A stretch of DNA of 64,000 nt. Origin: Sedimentisphaerales bacterium (GTDB lineage Bacteria; Planctomycetota; Phycisphaerae; Sedimentisphaerales; SM23-30). Of the stretch, positions 1 to 8,976 are shown one piece after another. The position numbers and the translations under genes are program-made. A model generated the notes under the pieces. That model saw only the letters and a program-made list of their open reading frames with translations. It had not been told where the DNA came from and ran no database searches. The first letter of the stretch is position 1, and each line of letters opens with the position of its first letter. Location: the NCBI GenBank assembly GCA_963666285.1, contig OY762711.1; one strand, 5' to 3'.

Positions 1-1
1 C

Positions 2-964
2 CCCAAATTCCGGGCCGGGCAGCTGCTGCAGTGGGTATTCGAAAAGCGGGCGGCCGGTTTCGATGATATGACCAACTTGTCGAAAGATCTGCGGGCAAAA
101 CTCGCCGAATCTTATACCGTCCGTACTGCCGAGGTTATTGATGAAGTTACCTGCAAAGACGGCACCCGCAAGTTCCTGGTCAAATGGCCTGACGGTGTCC
201 TTACCGAAACGGTACTAATGGCCTATCATGACCGCAATACAGTTTGTATCTCTACCCAGTCCGGTTGTCCGGTTCGATGTACTTTCTGTGCCAGCGGTCA
301 GCATGGCTTGCAGCGAAATCTTACAAGCGGCGAGATTATCGAACAGGTAATACTCGCCGCTGATAAGCTCGAAGATGGCAAAAGACTTAGTAATGTTGTT
401 ATTATGGGAATGGGCGAGCCGTTTGCCAATTATGAAAATACCGGCAAGGCTATAACTGCTATAAATGCCGATTGGGGGCTGGCGATAGGTGCCCGCCATA
501 TTACAATCAGTACCATCGGTATCCCCGAACGGATTATAAAGTTTGCCGAGGATTTCCCACAGGTAACCCTGGCAGTCAGTCTGCATGCACCGAACGATGC
601 CTTGCGACAGGAGCTGATACCATGGGCCCAAAAATATCCGCTGAAAGATCTGATGGATGCTGTCGCCGAATATTATGACCTCACCCATCGCGAAGTTACC
701 ATGGAATATGTACTGCTGGACGGTGTTAACTGTCTGCCCAAACATGCCGAGCAGCTGGCAAAGTTGATCAGACCGTTCCGGTGCAATGTCAACCTGATAA
801 ACTATAATACCGTATTAGAGAGCGGCCATCGTCCTGCCGGCGAAAAGGCCGTGGCAAACTTCATGGATATTCTCACTCAGCGAGGAGTGAATGTCCACTT
901 GCGTCAGTCGAAAGGCTCCGATATCAATGCTGCCTGCGGTCAGCTGCGTAATTCTGGAAAATAG
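2..964 (+). CDS. rlmN: Dual-specificity 23S rRNA/tRNA methyltransferase RlmN (5' end lies outside the window)
   Basis: Radical SAM CxxxCxxC (CPVRCTFC), GMGEP and C-terminal AACGQL motifs; the frame is open from position 2 (PKFRAGQLLQWVF...). Confidence 0.95.
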   Translation, partial: PKFRAGQLLQWVFEKRAAGFDDMTNLSKDLRAKLAESYTVRTAEVIDEVTCKDGTRKFLVKWPDGVLTETVLMAYHDRNTVCISTQSGCPVRCTFCASGQHGLQRNLTSGEIIEQVILAADKLEDGKRLSNVVIMGMGEPFANYENTGKAITAINADWGLAIGARHITISTIGIPERIIKFAEDFPQVTLAVSLHAPNDALRQELIPWAQKYPLKDLMDAVAEYYDLTHREVTMEYVLLDGVNCLPKHAEQLAKLIRPFRCNVNLINYNTVLESGHRPAGEKAVANFMDILTQRGVNVHLRQSKGSDINAACGQLRNSGK

Positions 965-1011
965 ATATCTATTTTACGCTTTCAAACTGGCCGTCGGTAA
1001 GTTTGAGCAAT

Positions 1012-1044
1012 AAAAAAACCGGCAGCAGGACCGCTGTCGGTTTT
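1012..1044. terminator. Probable bidirectional intrinsic terminator between convergent rlmN and the PilZ gene
   Basis: AAAACCGGCAGC-loop-GCTGTCGGTTTT stem with A/T tracts on both sides. Confidence 0.7.
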
Positions 1045-1178
1045 GAAGAACGAATGGTTTTCATGTTCTTTGTTAGTTTATTAAAAAGTTAAGCAAGTTT
1101 GCCGCTTTGCGGCTCTCAATTTCTATTCTTTTTATTTTACACGTTACACTTTCAAACTTTACATCGGTAAGTTTGAGT

Positions 1179-1547
1179 TTATGCCGGCATTGTGTAATAT
1201 TTATCTTCAATTGGCTGGTGTAGCTTAAGTGCAATTTTTTTGCTGCCGTGTTTGCCCTGGTCAACCCTTATAACTTCGGCCCAGCCTTTATAGTCACCCA
1301 TATCGAACATATTACTGTCACCTTTAGGGTAGCTGAACCTTGTCAGCATCTGATGTCCTTTTTCGATAGGGGTATCATCTGGAACTGTTACTGCGATTGC
1401 ACTTTTTGAAAGGTCTACCGCTTTTGCACGATACATAATATCATTTGCTTCTCTCTCATGCCCCACCCAAACCGGCCAAAAAAATCTTACTCTTTTTTCT
1501 CTTCTTTTGTCTGGTGAGTCAGTTTTCATAGTCTGCATTGTTTTCAA
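1179..1547 (-). CDS. PilZ-domain c-di-GMP-binding protein
   Basis: RxxxR (KRREKR) and DxSxxA (VDLSKSAI) motifs in a 122 aa protein. Confidence 0.8.
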   Translation of the reverse strand: MKTMQTMKTDSPDKRREKRVRFFWPVWVGHEREANDIMYRAKAVDLSKSAIAVTVPDDTPIEKGHQMLTRFSYPKGDSNMFDMGDYKGWAEVIRVDQGKHGSKKIALKLHQPIEDKYYTMPA

Positions 1548-1949
1548 ACTCCCGTGTTCTGCTAAAAATTACAATTATTATATTCCTCAATCGAATCCTA
1601 AACGTCATATTTGATCGCCCTGATTTGAGCGTTTTTTTCGTTACCGGTTATGTCTGTCCAATCGGAAAAGCGCAAAGGCCAGTTGAGAACAAAAATAAGA
1701 TTTTTTAGAAAAAATAAATTAAATACGTTTAGGCGAAAATCACCAGTTATTGAAGGCAAAAATATCTTGTAATGATAATCAAAAAATTTTTATTCGGACT
1801 TAAGGTTGGTTTTTGGGGGAATCTGGTAGTTCAACTACCGGTTGGTTATCAATATCTATACGAAACCCGGCATTAACCTGTTCAAATGTTATGTTGAAAT
1901 GATGTTAGTTATGACGATAATGGTTAAAAGAATATAATTATTAACTATT

Positions 1950-2768
1950 ATGATAGGCTTAAGTATGAATTGTAAAAAAATAGCTTTAATTTCAGGTTTT
2001 ATGCTGCTTTTCTGGTGCGGCGGCTGCCAAAACGCCGGTCAGTCAGATGCCGGTTCAATGATGAATGTTGCTCAGGATCGATATAATCGCTCTGATTATG
2101 CCGGAACTGTTAATGCTCTCTCCGGCCTGCTCACCGATAATATCTCAACCGCCGAACGTGCAAGGGGCTATTATCTCCGCGGGCTCGCATTTCGAGAACT
2201 CGGCGGAACCGATATCGCCCGGGCAGAACAGGATCTAAAACTGGCTATCCGATATAGCGAATCAAATAAGCTGACCGCACTTGCTAACGTTGCTCTCGGT
2301 CACATTTGTTTCGAATCTGACCCGCCAGAAAGCTTCCGTGCCGTCAGCTACTATCAGAACGCCTTGCATGACAAAGCCGATATCCCCATGGATGTGGTTC
2401 TGTATCGGCTGGGCGTTTCTCTCCAACAGAGTGGTAAGTGGGCCGAAGGCCAGAAATTCCTGCGCAGATGTATTGCCGAGCACCCTCAGAGCGTATATGC
2501 CCGCAAAGCACGCGGCGATGCCGGCACAGGCTCAGTCAGCAGCGGTCAATACAGCCTGCAGGTCGGGGTATACTCCCAGATGTCTAATGCCCAGGCGGCT
2601 GTCAATAAACTGGCAGGTTACGGATGGGACGCCCAGATTGAACTCATCACCAGCGGTGGCGTGAAATATGCCGTACGCGCAGGTAGTTATCAGACCTACG
2701 ACCAGGCACGCAAAAAGCTATCAGAACTAAAACGCGTCTGGCCTGAAGCTTTTATCACGACGAAATAG
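1950..2768 (+). CDS. TPR-repeat lipoprotein with C-terminal SPOR domain
   Basis: Signal peptide ending WCGGC, TPR-like helices (YYLRGLA, LYRLGVS) and SPOR signature YSLQVGVYS...YAVRAGSY. Confidence 0.8.
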   Translation: MIGLSMNCKKIALISGFMLLFWCGGCQNAGQSDAGSMMNVAQDRYNRSDYAGTVNALSGLLTDNISTAERARGYYLRGLAFRELGGTDIARAEQDLKLAIRYSESNKLTALANVALGHICFESDPPESFRAVSYYQNALHDKADIPMDVVLYRLGVSLQQSGKWAEGQKFLRRCIAEHPQSVYARKARGDAGTGSVSSGQYSLQVGVYSQMSNAQAAVNKLAGYGWDAQIELITSGGVKYAVRAGSYQTYDQARKKLSELKRVWPEAFITTK

Positions 2769-2777
2769 GGGGGTAGA

Positions 2778-3147
2778 ATGAGTGTCCAAAAAGAAAATCA
2801 CGTTATTGAGTGGAAAGAATCCTGGAAAGATGATCAAAAGAGCTGGGATATTACTTTTTCATCCTGATCCTGTCATAAGTTACCGTCAAGGCGGAGTTTA
2901 TGTGGAATTTAACTTTGTTGCAGTTGAGGGTTCTATAGGGTTGGCAGATGGGTTGGCAGATAGCCAGCAGAAGATTGTTGAGCTGATAATTGGAAATCCA
3001 AGAATATCGAAACGAGAGATGAGCGAGAAAATAGGAATAAGTACTACCGCTATTGATAAAAATATTAGCATGTTGAAGAAAAAAAGAATTTTGACCAGGG
3101 TAGGATCTGCCAAAAGAGGCTACTGGCAGGTAAGTAGACATGAGTAG
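2778..3147 (+). pseudogene. Internally deleted AlbA_2/Schlafen-like ATP-binding protein with C-terminal winged HTH
   Basis: ATG at 2778 gives MSVQKENHVIEWKESWKDD (AlbA_2-type N-terminus) and stops shortly after; another frame holds KRAGILLFHPDP and an intact wHTH ending RVGSAKRGYWQV. Confidence 0.65.
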
Positions 3148-3248
3148 CTAATAATGCTATATATGGTTTTGTAAAATTGATATACATATGGGTTATTGTA
3201 TGAAAAAGGAGAAGTTTCAATGTATTTTTACCTTGAGAGAAGGAAAAT

Positions 3249-4502
3249 ATGAGTGAAGAAAATATAAATCTGTCAGCAGAACATGATAACGATGCCGAAG
3301 CTCGAATAATCGCCGAAAAACTCTACCGTATATTTAAGAGTTATGTAAGTATCTGTTTTATTGGTATGTTTTTTATTGCCCTGGTATATATCGGGTTGCT
3401 TTTGGTGGTAGTGATGGGGCTGGTCAATATATTTCGATTACAGGATTATTATCTGAAACTAAAGACGCTTAATTCCAGACCATTGTTTAGAGAATCAGGC
3501 CTGCCGCTGGCTATAAGTATGCTATTGGTCTTAACTTTTCCACTGGCATTCTTTGGGCTGTCAGTAGCTATGTTTGGTTTTGCTAGATACGATATTTATG
3601 CTGGCAGTGATTTAAGAGTTACTTATGAAGCTCTTGAGAAGTATGCAGAAAATAATAATGGTTTATATCCACATCAAAACTGGCGGGAAGAACTTATTTA
3701 TAAAGAGGATGAGGGATATGAGTTTGGACAAAAGGATTATGTTTGCCTGAATCTGGCGGCACTATCTCTCGGAAATGATATGCCTGATAATATGGTTCTA
3801 GGGTTCAGTACTTATGAAAAGTGCGATGCTGTTGGTGTATATGATATTGACAAGCACTACAGAAATGGCTTACTTTGGGTTATTTGGGGCGATGGTACAA
3901 CCAAAGCTGTTAGTTGCTCACAGGTTAATCTGCTCAGGTGGAACCTCGAAGATGAATACGGACTAAAGCTTAATTATGTTGGTATATTTTCTGTTTGTAC
4001 TATTGTGATTTTATTAGCAGTTGGAGTCATTATTAAATATCGAAAGATTTTTATTGGCAATTGTGGTGTTATATTTGGTATTTCATTACTTGCTGTTTTA
4101 GCCGGTGCTGCTTTGGGTATTGTGTCTTTGAAGTATTATAGTTGGTATTGCCACGATTATTACGGAGGTGCTCCGCTTTATCAGGCAGCTTTGGCTGGCG
4201 GGTTTATGGCAGGAATATTTGCGCTCGCTTATATGCCGCTAATGATTGCATTTAGAAACGGCAGTAGTTATAAACATGCAGAACCATGGATTACTGTCTA
4301 CGGCTCTATCACTGGCATCTTGTGTTCCTGTGCCGTTCATATGGTGTTAAGGTATATCTGCTTTGAAAGTTCTTTTATCTCGGTTATTGCAGGAATCCCA
4401 TTTGGAGCTTGGGCAGGCATGGTTATTGGCAGACAGACAGGTTTATCTTTGGACAAAAAACACAATAAACTACTCGCAAAAATTGAGGCTAATAATGAGT
4501 AA
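3249..4502 (+). CDS. Multi-pass membrane protein with extracytoplasmic DUF1559-like segment (paralog 1)
   Basis: Several hydrophobic helices; ALEKYAENNNGLYP and MPDNMVL motifs and the LDKKHNK end are shared with the next gene. Confidence 0.65.
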   Translation: MSEENINLSAEHDNDAEARIIAEKLYRIFKSYVSICFIGMFFIALVYIGLLLVVVMGLVNIFRLQDYYLKLKTLNSRPLFRESGLPLAISMLLVLTFPLAFFGLSVAMFGFARYDIYAGSDLRVTYEALEKYAENNNGLYPHQNWREELIYKEDEGYEFGQKDYVCLNLAALSLGNDMPDNMVLGFSTYEKCDAVGVYDIDKHYRNGLLWVIWGDGTTKAVSCSQVNLLRWNLEDEYGLKLNYVGIFSVCTIVILLAVGVIIKYRKIFIGNCGVIFGISLLAVLAGAALGIVSLKYYSWYCHDYYGGAPLYQAALAGGFMAGIFALAYMPLMIAFRNGSSYKHAEPWITVYGSITGILCSCAVHMVLRYICFESSFISVIAGIPFGAWAGMVIGRQTGLSLDKKHNKLLAKIEANNE

Positions 4503-5583
4503 TGAAAAAGAAAATCAATGTAATGAAGGTATGCATTTAATGTATAATAATCGGAACTTTCTTGTTGAATTTATTCTACCAATTGTATGCGTAGTTATTC
4601 TTTTTTTTATAACAATCCAGATAAGTTTTTCAAATAATGTAAGTAAAGGGCATTGGGATAGAGTTTTAACGTCATACGGTGTAGGTAGTATCGAAAACTT
4701 TCGTCACGTATATTTTGCTTTAAATGATTATATCAAAAAGCATGACGGCAGGTATCCGCAAGGGGATTGGTACAAAGAGCTATTTGGCGATCTATCTTTA
4801 GATGAGTTTGGTGATCCCGGAGTTGTCTTTAATCCTCTGGCATTAGAGCTTGGTGACAAAATGCCTGATGATATGGTTATGTGTTGGACTTGTGAAGGCG
4901 GCTGGGGCAAAACCGAAGTATACGATCCTGCTGTACATAAAGTCGGTAAAAACGGATTGTGTTATATCCCTAAACATTACATGACAAATATCAGCTATAG
5001 CAATCTAGATCATGTACAATATTTGCGGTGGACATTGGATGAACCGCCACAACCTGTGCTGGACAATTACAAAGTTAATACTATATATGTTGTTACATTT
5101 TCAGTTCTTGGAGTATTTTGGCTTACCTGTTACCGGCAATTTAAAAACAATAATAAAATAGTATTTACAATTGCAATTATTACTTTTATTGTTGGGTTTC
5201 TTTTTGCAGGTTTTTCTGCAACATTATATAGATTTGATGATAATTTTGTTAACAAGTATGTTGATGTAGGAGAAGGTTCGCTCTTTTTAATCTATTTGCT
5301 TTTTGGAATAGTATATACCTTACTCATTGCCAGGCTGCGCCAGTGGTTCAAATATAAAAGATTCGTAATGTGGGTTATATTTCTTGGTGCGATAACCGGT
5401 ATTTGTTGTAGTTGTGTTATACATATGCTTCTTAGATATTATTATTTTATCGATTCGTATGGTCCGCTATTTTACGGCTTGCCTTTTGGGCTGTTTGCTG
5501 GTATTTTCCTTGGTCTAATAACCGGCCTCTGGCTTGACCGTAAACACAATAAGCAACTCCCAGAAACAAAATCTGAGATATGA
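4495..5583 (+). CDS. Multi-pass membrane protein (paralog 2)
   Basis: Likely start ATG 4495 overlapping the upstream stop; ALNDYIKKHDGRYP, MPDDMVM, LRW and LDRKHNK match paralog 1. Confidence 0.65.
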   Translation: MSNEKENQCNEGMHLMYNNRNFLVEFILPIVCVVILFFITIQISFSNNVSKGHWDRVLTSYGVGSIENFRHVYFALNDYIKKHDGRYPQGDWYKELFGDLSLDEFGDPGVVFNPLALELGDKMPDDMVMCWTCEGGWGKTEVYDPAVHKVGKNGLCYIPKHYMTNISYSNLDHVQYLRWTLDEPPQPVLDNYKVNTIYVVTFSVLGVFWLTCYRQFKNNNKIVFTIAIITFIVGFLFAGFSATLYRFDDNFVNKYVDVGEGSLFLIYLLFGIVYTLLIARLRQWFKYKRFVMWVIFLGAITGICCSCVIHMLLRYYYFIDSYGPLFYGLPFGLFAGIFLGLITGLWLDRKHNKQLPETKSEI

Positions 5584-6008
5584 TAAATCCTGCCTGGGCG
5601 ATATCAATGAATTAATACTGGTTGTTAATATGTAAAGTGTAACATTGTCTGGGATAATACTTTAAGTCATTTTTAGCCGAATGCTCTTTTTGATTCATCC
5701 AGGATTTTCTTGACTATTTCATGGCATACGGAATAGAATTGATATTATAGCTTCAATAAATTTTTCAGCTTTGATTTTCTCACTGGTTCACTGGATTTAG
5801 CCTATGATATAAGTCTCGCAATGAAAAGACGTTAAAATATATTCCGTGTCAGGCAAACACTAATAATTGGATAGCTCTTTATATACTTCCGAGAAATAGC
5901 TCGGAGATACAATTATAAGTTATGTTTTTCATTCACAAGGTCCTGTAAGACCTTTGCGTGTAATGTAAAACGGTCATAAAGTGCAAAATCGCACCAAGGA
6001 GAAAGCTT

Positions 6009-6710
6009 ATGAAAAATACTGTAAGATATGTGATTGGGGTGGCTGTGGTTATGTTTCTGGTCTCATTTTCCTCAGCTGCCGTAACTACCATTAATGGTTT
6101 TGATTTTGATCTGGACCAGTTCATCGGGGCTTCTGTAACTTATCGTCCCGACGGCTCGGTATCGTTCGACGGAAAAACCTGGGACCAGGCAACAGGCACA
6201 GATGGTTACACCCTTGGCGAACTGGCGGCCGGTCAGTATGGCTCAGACCCAGGCGATCAGGTTTCACTCAATGACAGATCTACCCCGGATTGGCTCCAGT
6301 TGAATTATGCTGCTCCTATCACGATCAGCTCAAGTCTGCATACCCTGGTAATTTATGAGATTTCCAGTTACCCCGGCTATGTTGATCTGGAAGGTGTCAG
6401 TTTCAATATCAAACTCAACGGTGGAACGCTTATTCCTGCTGCTGTCGGCATTGCCACGCCATTTGATATTCCGGGTACAGAAGCTACCAACCAGATAGTT
6501 TTTGACCTGTATTCTTTCGGCTTTACCGATGGCGACTATCTTAGTACTGTTTATATCGAAAATATTGACTCCGGCAGTAGTACGTCCGATCCGGACTTTA
6601 TTTTCGCCGGTGTCGCTTCAACGGCAGCAGCTGTTCCCGCTCCTTCTGCTATTTTACTCGGCGGGTTAGGTGTGGCCGCTGTTGGACGAATTAAGAGAAT
6701 ATCTTGTTGA
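6009..6710 (+). CDS. Secreted PEP-CTERM-type (VPAP variant) exosortase substrate
   Basis: N-terminal signal peptide; C-terminal VPAPSAILLGGLGVAAVGRIKR; AAGGAG RBS. Confidence 0.85.
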   Translation: MKNTVRYVIGVAVVMFLVSFSSAAVTTINGFDFDLDQFIGASVTYRPDGSVSFDGKTWDQATGTDGYTLGELAAGQYGSDPGDQVSLNDRSTPDWLQLNYAAPITISSSLHTLVIYEISSYPGYVDLEGVSFNIKLNGGTLIPAAVGIATPFDIPGTEATNQIVFDLYSFGFTDGDYLSTVYIENIDSGSSTSDPDFIFAGVASTAAAVPAPSAILLGGLGVAAVGRIKRISC

Positions 6711-6731
6711 GAAGCTAAATTTAGTTTCTTT

Positions 6732-6766
6732 AAGGGCCGTGGCGCTTTGCTCCCGGTCCTTTTTTC
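6732..6766 (+). terminator. Probable intrinsic terminator
   Basis: AAGGGCCG...CGGTCCTT imperfect stem followed by a T-run. Confidence 0.55.
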
Positions 6767-6841
6767 TTGGTTTCTTCTTGTCTGCTAAAGCCATATCCAT
6801 AAAATAGCAACCTGTATTGAAACTTTTTTTGCAGGTATTTT

Positions 6842-7231
6842 ATGGATAGCAATGAGAACGCATGTTACCTCGCCGTTTACGGCACACTCAAGCAGGGCGG
6901 GTTGTACAATCATATTATCGCCGCATGCGGCCGGTATGTCGATACCCGTCGCATCAGCGGCTGGCAGATGTATGACAATCATGGTAATTATCCCTATGCT
7001 GTACCCGGTAGTATCAATGATATTATAGTGGTTGAGCTTTGGCAGATCCCGTCGGAGCTGCTCACCAAAGTTGACGCACTCGAGGATTACCCCGGCTATT
7101 ACCGGCGTACCCAACTCCAATTTGAGCTCGAAGCCGACAAAACCGTATATGCCTGGTTTTACTTTGTCGATGAAAATCAGGTGCAAGGTCTCCCCAGAAT
7201 TCATACCGGCAACTGGGAAACGGACCTCTAA
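6842..7231 (+). CDS. Gamma-glutamylcyclotransferase family (AIG2/YtfP-like) protein
   Basis: VYGTLK, YP, DALEDYP.YYRR and I.TGNW motifs. Confidence 0.85.
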   Translation: MDSNENACYLAVYGTLKQGGLYNHIIAACGRYVDTRRISGWQMYDNHGNYPYAVPGSINDIIVVELWQIPSELLTKVDALEDYPGYYRRTQLQFELEADKTVYAWFYFVDENQVQGLPRIHTGNWETDL

Positions 7232-7364
7232 TTATCTTGCCCAACGATATTGGCAATCCACTCTACAATTAGCTTTACCCTAATTTTGCAAAAGTTCAGT
7301 TAATAAAACACGAGCAGTAGCGAGTTACCTTATATATTATTGGTTATCGATGGTTCTCTTTTAG

Positions 7365-7561
7365 GCGTTAGCCGTTTAAAACAAGCCGTCCGCGAATGCG
7401 GACACATCAACTCTTCCCTCTTACTTTTTACCTTTTACCTCTCCCCTCTCGCTTCTAACTCTTACCATCCTTCATTAACTTCACTTCCTTCATGGTCAAA
7501 AAATATTCTTTGCGAGCTTTGCGAGAGACAAAAATACAAAACACATTCATCTCGCAAACCA
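7365..7561 (+). repeat. Left part of large non-coding mosaic element, copy A (separated from the rest by the IS3)
   Basis: AATGCGGACAC and TTCATTAAyTTCACTTCCTTCATGGTCAAA...AATATTCTT are shared with 62702-62800. Confidence 0.75.
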
Positions 7562-7627
7562 TGTCTGGTCCTGTGATAAGTTGTCACATTATAGATTTAA
7601 TGTTTTAACAAATAACAGGAGACAACA

Positions 7628-8047
7628 ATGTTGGTAAGTAAACGAACTTATAATCGCTACAGCGAAGCCTTTAAATTACAGGTGGTAAATGATCTTGAAT
7701 CTGGTAAGCTAAGCAGTATTTATGAGGCTAATTCCCGCTATGGGATTTCTGGTACAACAACAGTAAAGAGTTGGCTAAGAAAATATGGCCGTAACCATTT
7801 GATACCAAAGGTGATACGCGTGGAAAAACTAGATGAACAAGATCATGTAAAGAAGTTAGAATCAGAGATTAAGCAGCTTAAAGAAGCGTTAGCAGACAGC
7901 CATATAGAGAATATTGTAAGTGAAGCCAGGTTTCAGGTTATTTGTAAAGAATACGGGCTGGATCCCGAGGAGTATAAAAAAAAAGTCGATACCAAACGGT
8001 TCAACAAGCGTCCGAGGCAACCGTTGAAAAGAAAGAGGAAAAAATAG
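7628..8047 (+). CDS. IS3 transposase OrfA (HTH)
   Basis: YSEAFKLQVV...YGI...VKSWLRKY helix-turn-helix pattern. Confidence 0.9.
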   Translation: MLVSKRTYNRYSEAFKLQVVNDLESGKLSSIYEANSRYGISGTTTVKSWLRKYGRNHLIPKVIRVEKLDEQDHVKKLESEIKQLKEALADSHIENIVSEARFQVICKEYGLDPEEYKKKVDTKRFNKRPRQPLKRKRKK

Positions 8048-8076
8048 CGATAACTTCCTTATGCAAAGCTGTTGGC

Positions 8077-8862
8077 ATGAGTCGTCAGAATTATTATAAA
8101 TCACATAAAGTTCGGCGCAGGCGGCACTATGAAAAAGACCTGATAATATCTTTGGCCAGGCTGGAAAGATCATTGCAGCCTGAGATGGGTTGCAGAAAGG
8201 TTTTGAAGCGTATAAAGCCCAAACTGGCAAAAGCCGGTATTAGTATAGGGCGAGATAGATTTTATGAAACGATGTCAGAAGCAGATATGTTGATAGAGCG
8301 TAAAAAGCGAAGTGTGACAACGACAGACAGTCGTCATAACTTTAAGACTTATAAGAATATACTGAAAGATGAAGAGCTTACAGGAGCCAATCAGGCCCTG
8401 GTAAGTGATATAACGTACATATATACAGATGAAGGATTTATGTATCTGTCGTTGATAATGGATGCATTTAGTCGCAAGATAGTTGGCTATGACTGTAGTG
8501 ATAGTTTGGAAGCAGAAGGTTGTTTGCGTGCATTAACAAAGGCGATAAAGCAATTGCCCAAAGGTAGTAATACGATACATCATTCAGATCGTGGCAGTCA
8601 GTATTGCTGCCATAGATATATAGATAAGCTTAAAAGAAATGGGCTGCGAGTTAGTATGACCGAAGATAATCATTGTTATGAGAATGCCCAGGCCGAGAGG
8701 TTAAACGGTATATTGAAGCACGAGTATGGATTGAAGAATACGTTTAAGAAAAAAGCTCATGTTCATGCTGCGGTTAAACAGGCGATAGAACTGTATAATA
8801 CCTGTCGTCCACATTTTGCTTTGGGATATCGTGTGCCTGAGGAAGTGCATATGGCGGCGTGA
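8077..8862 (+). CDS. IS3 transposase OrfB (DDE integrase core), probably made as OrfAB by -1 frameshift at A9 7976-7984
   Basis: SDITY, HHSDRGSQY and ENAQAERLNGILK motifs; the frame is open back to the A9G run. Confidence 0.93.
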   Translation: MSRQNYYKSHKVRRRRHYEKDLIISLARLERSLQPEMGCRKVLKRIKPKLAKAGISIGRDRFYETMSEADMLIERKKRSVTTTDSRHNFKTYKNILKDEELTGANQALVSDITYIYTDEGFMYLSLIMDAFSRKIVGYDCSDSLEAEGCLRALTKAIKQLPKGSNTIHHSDRGSQYCCHRYIDKLKRNGLRVSMTEDNHCYENAQAERLNGILKHEYGLKNTFKKKAHVHAAVKQAIELYNTCRPHFALGYRVPEEVHMAA

Positions 8863-8976
8863 TATATTCCTCCGTTCCGGTCGCCCTTCGGGCTCCCTGC
8901 ACTACGGAATATATCATCAAAAAACAATAGTAAATAGAAACGGAAAGTGACAACTTTAAATCAGGACTTGACACCA

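Larger units (their letters stand above)
7562..8973 (+). mobile_element. IS3-family insertion sequence (1412 bp)
   Basis: Imperfect terminal IRs TGTCTGGTCCTGTGATAAGTTGTCAC / GTGACAACTTTAAATCAGGACTTGACA, 3 bp CCA target duplication, orfA and orfB in -1 phase. Confidence 0.95.
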
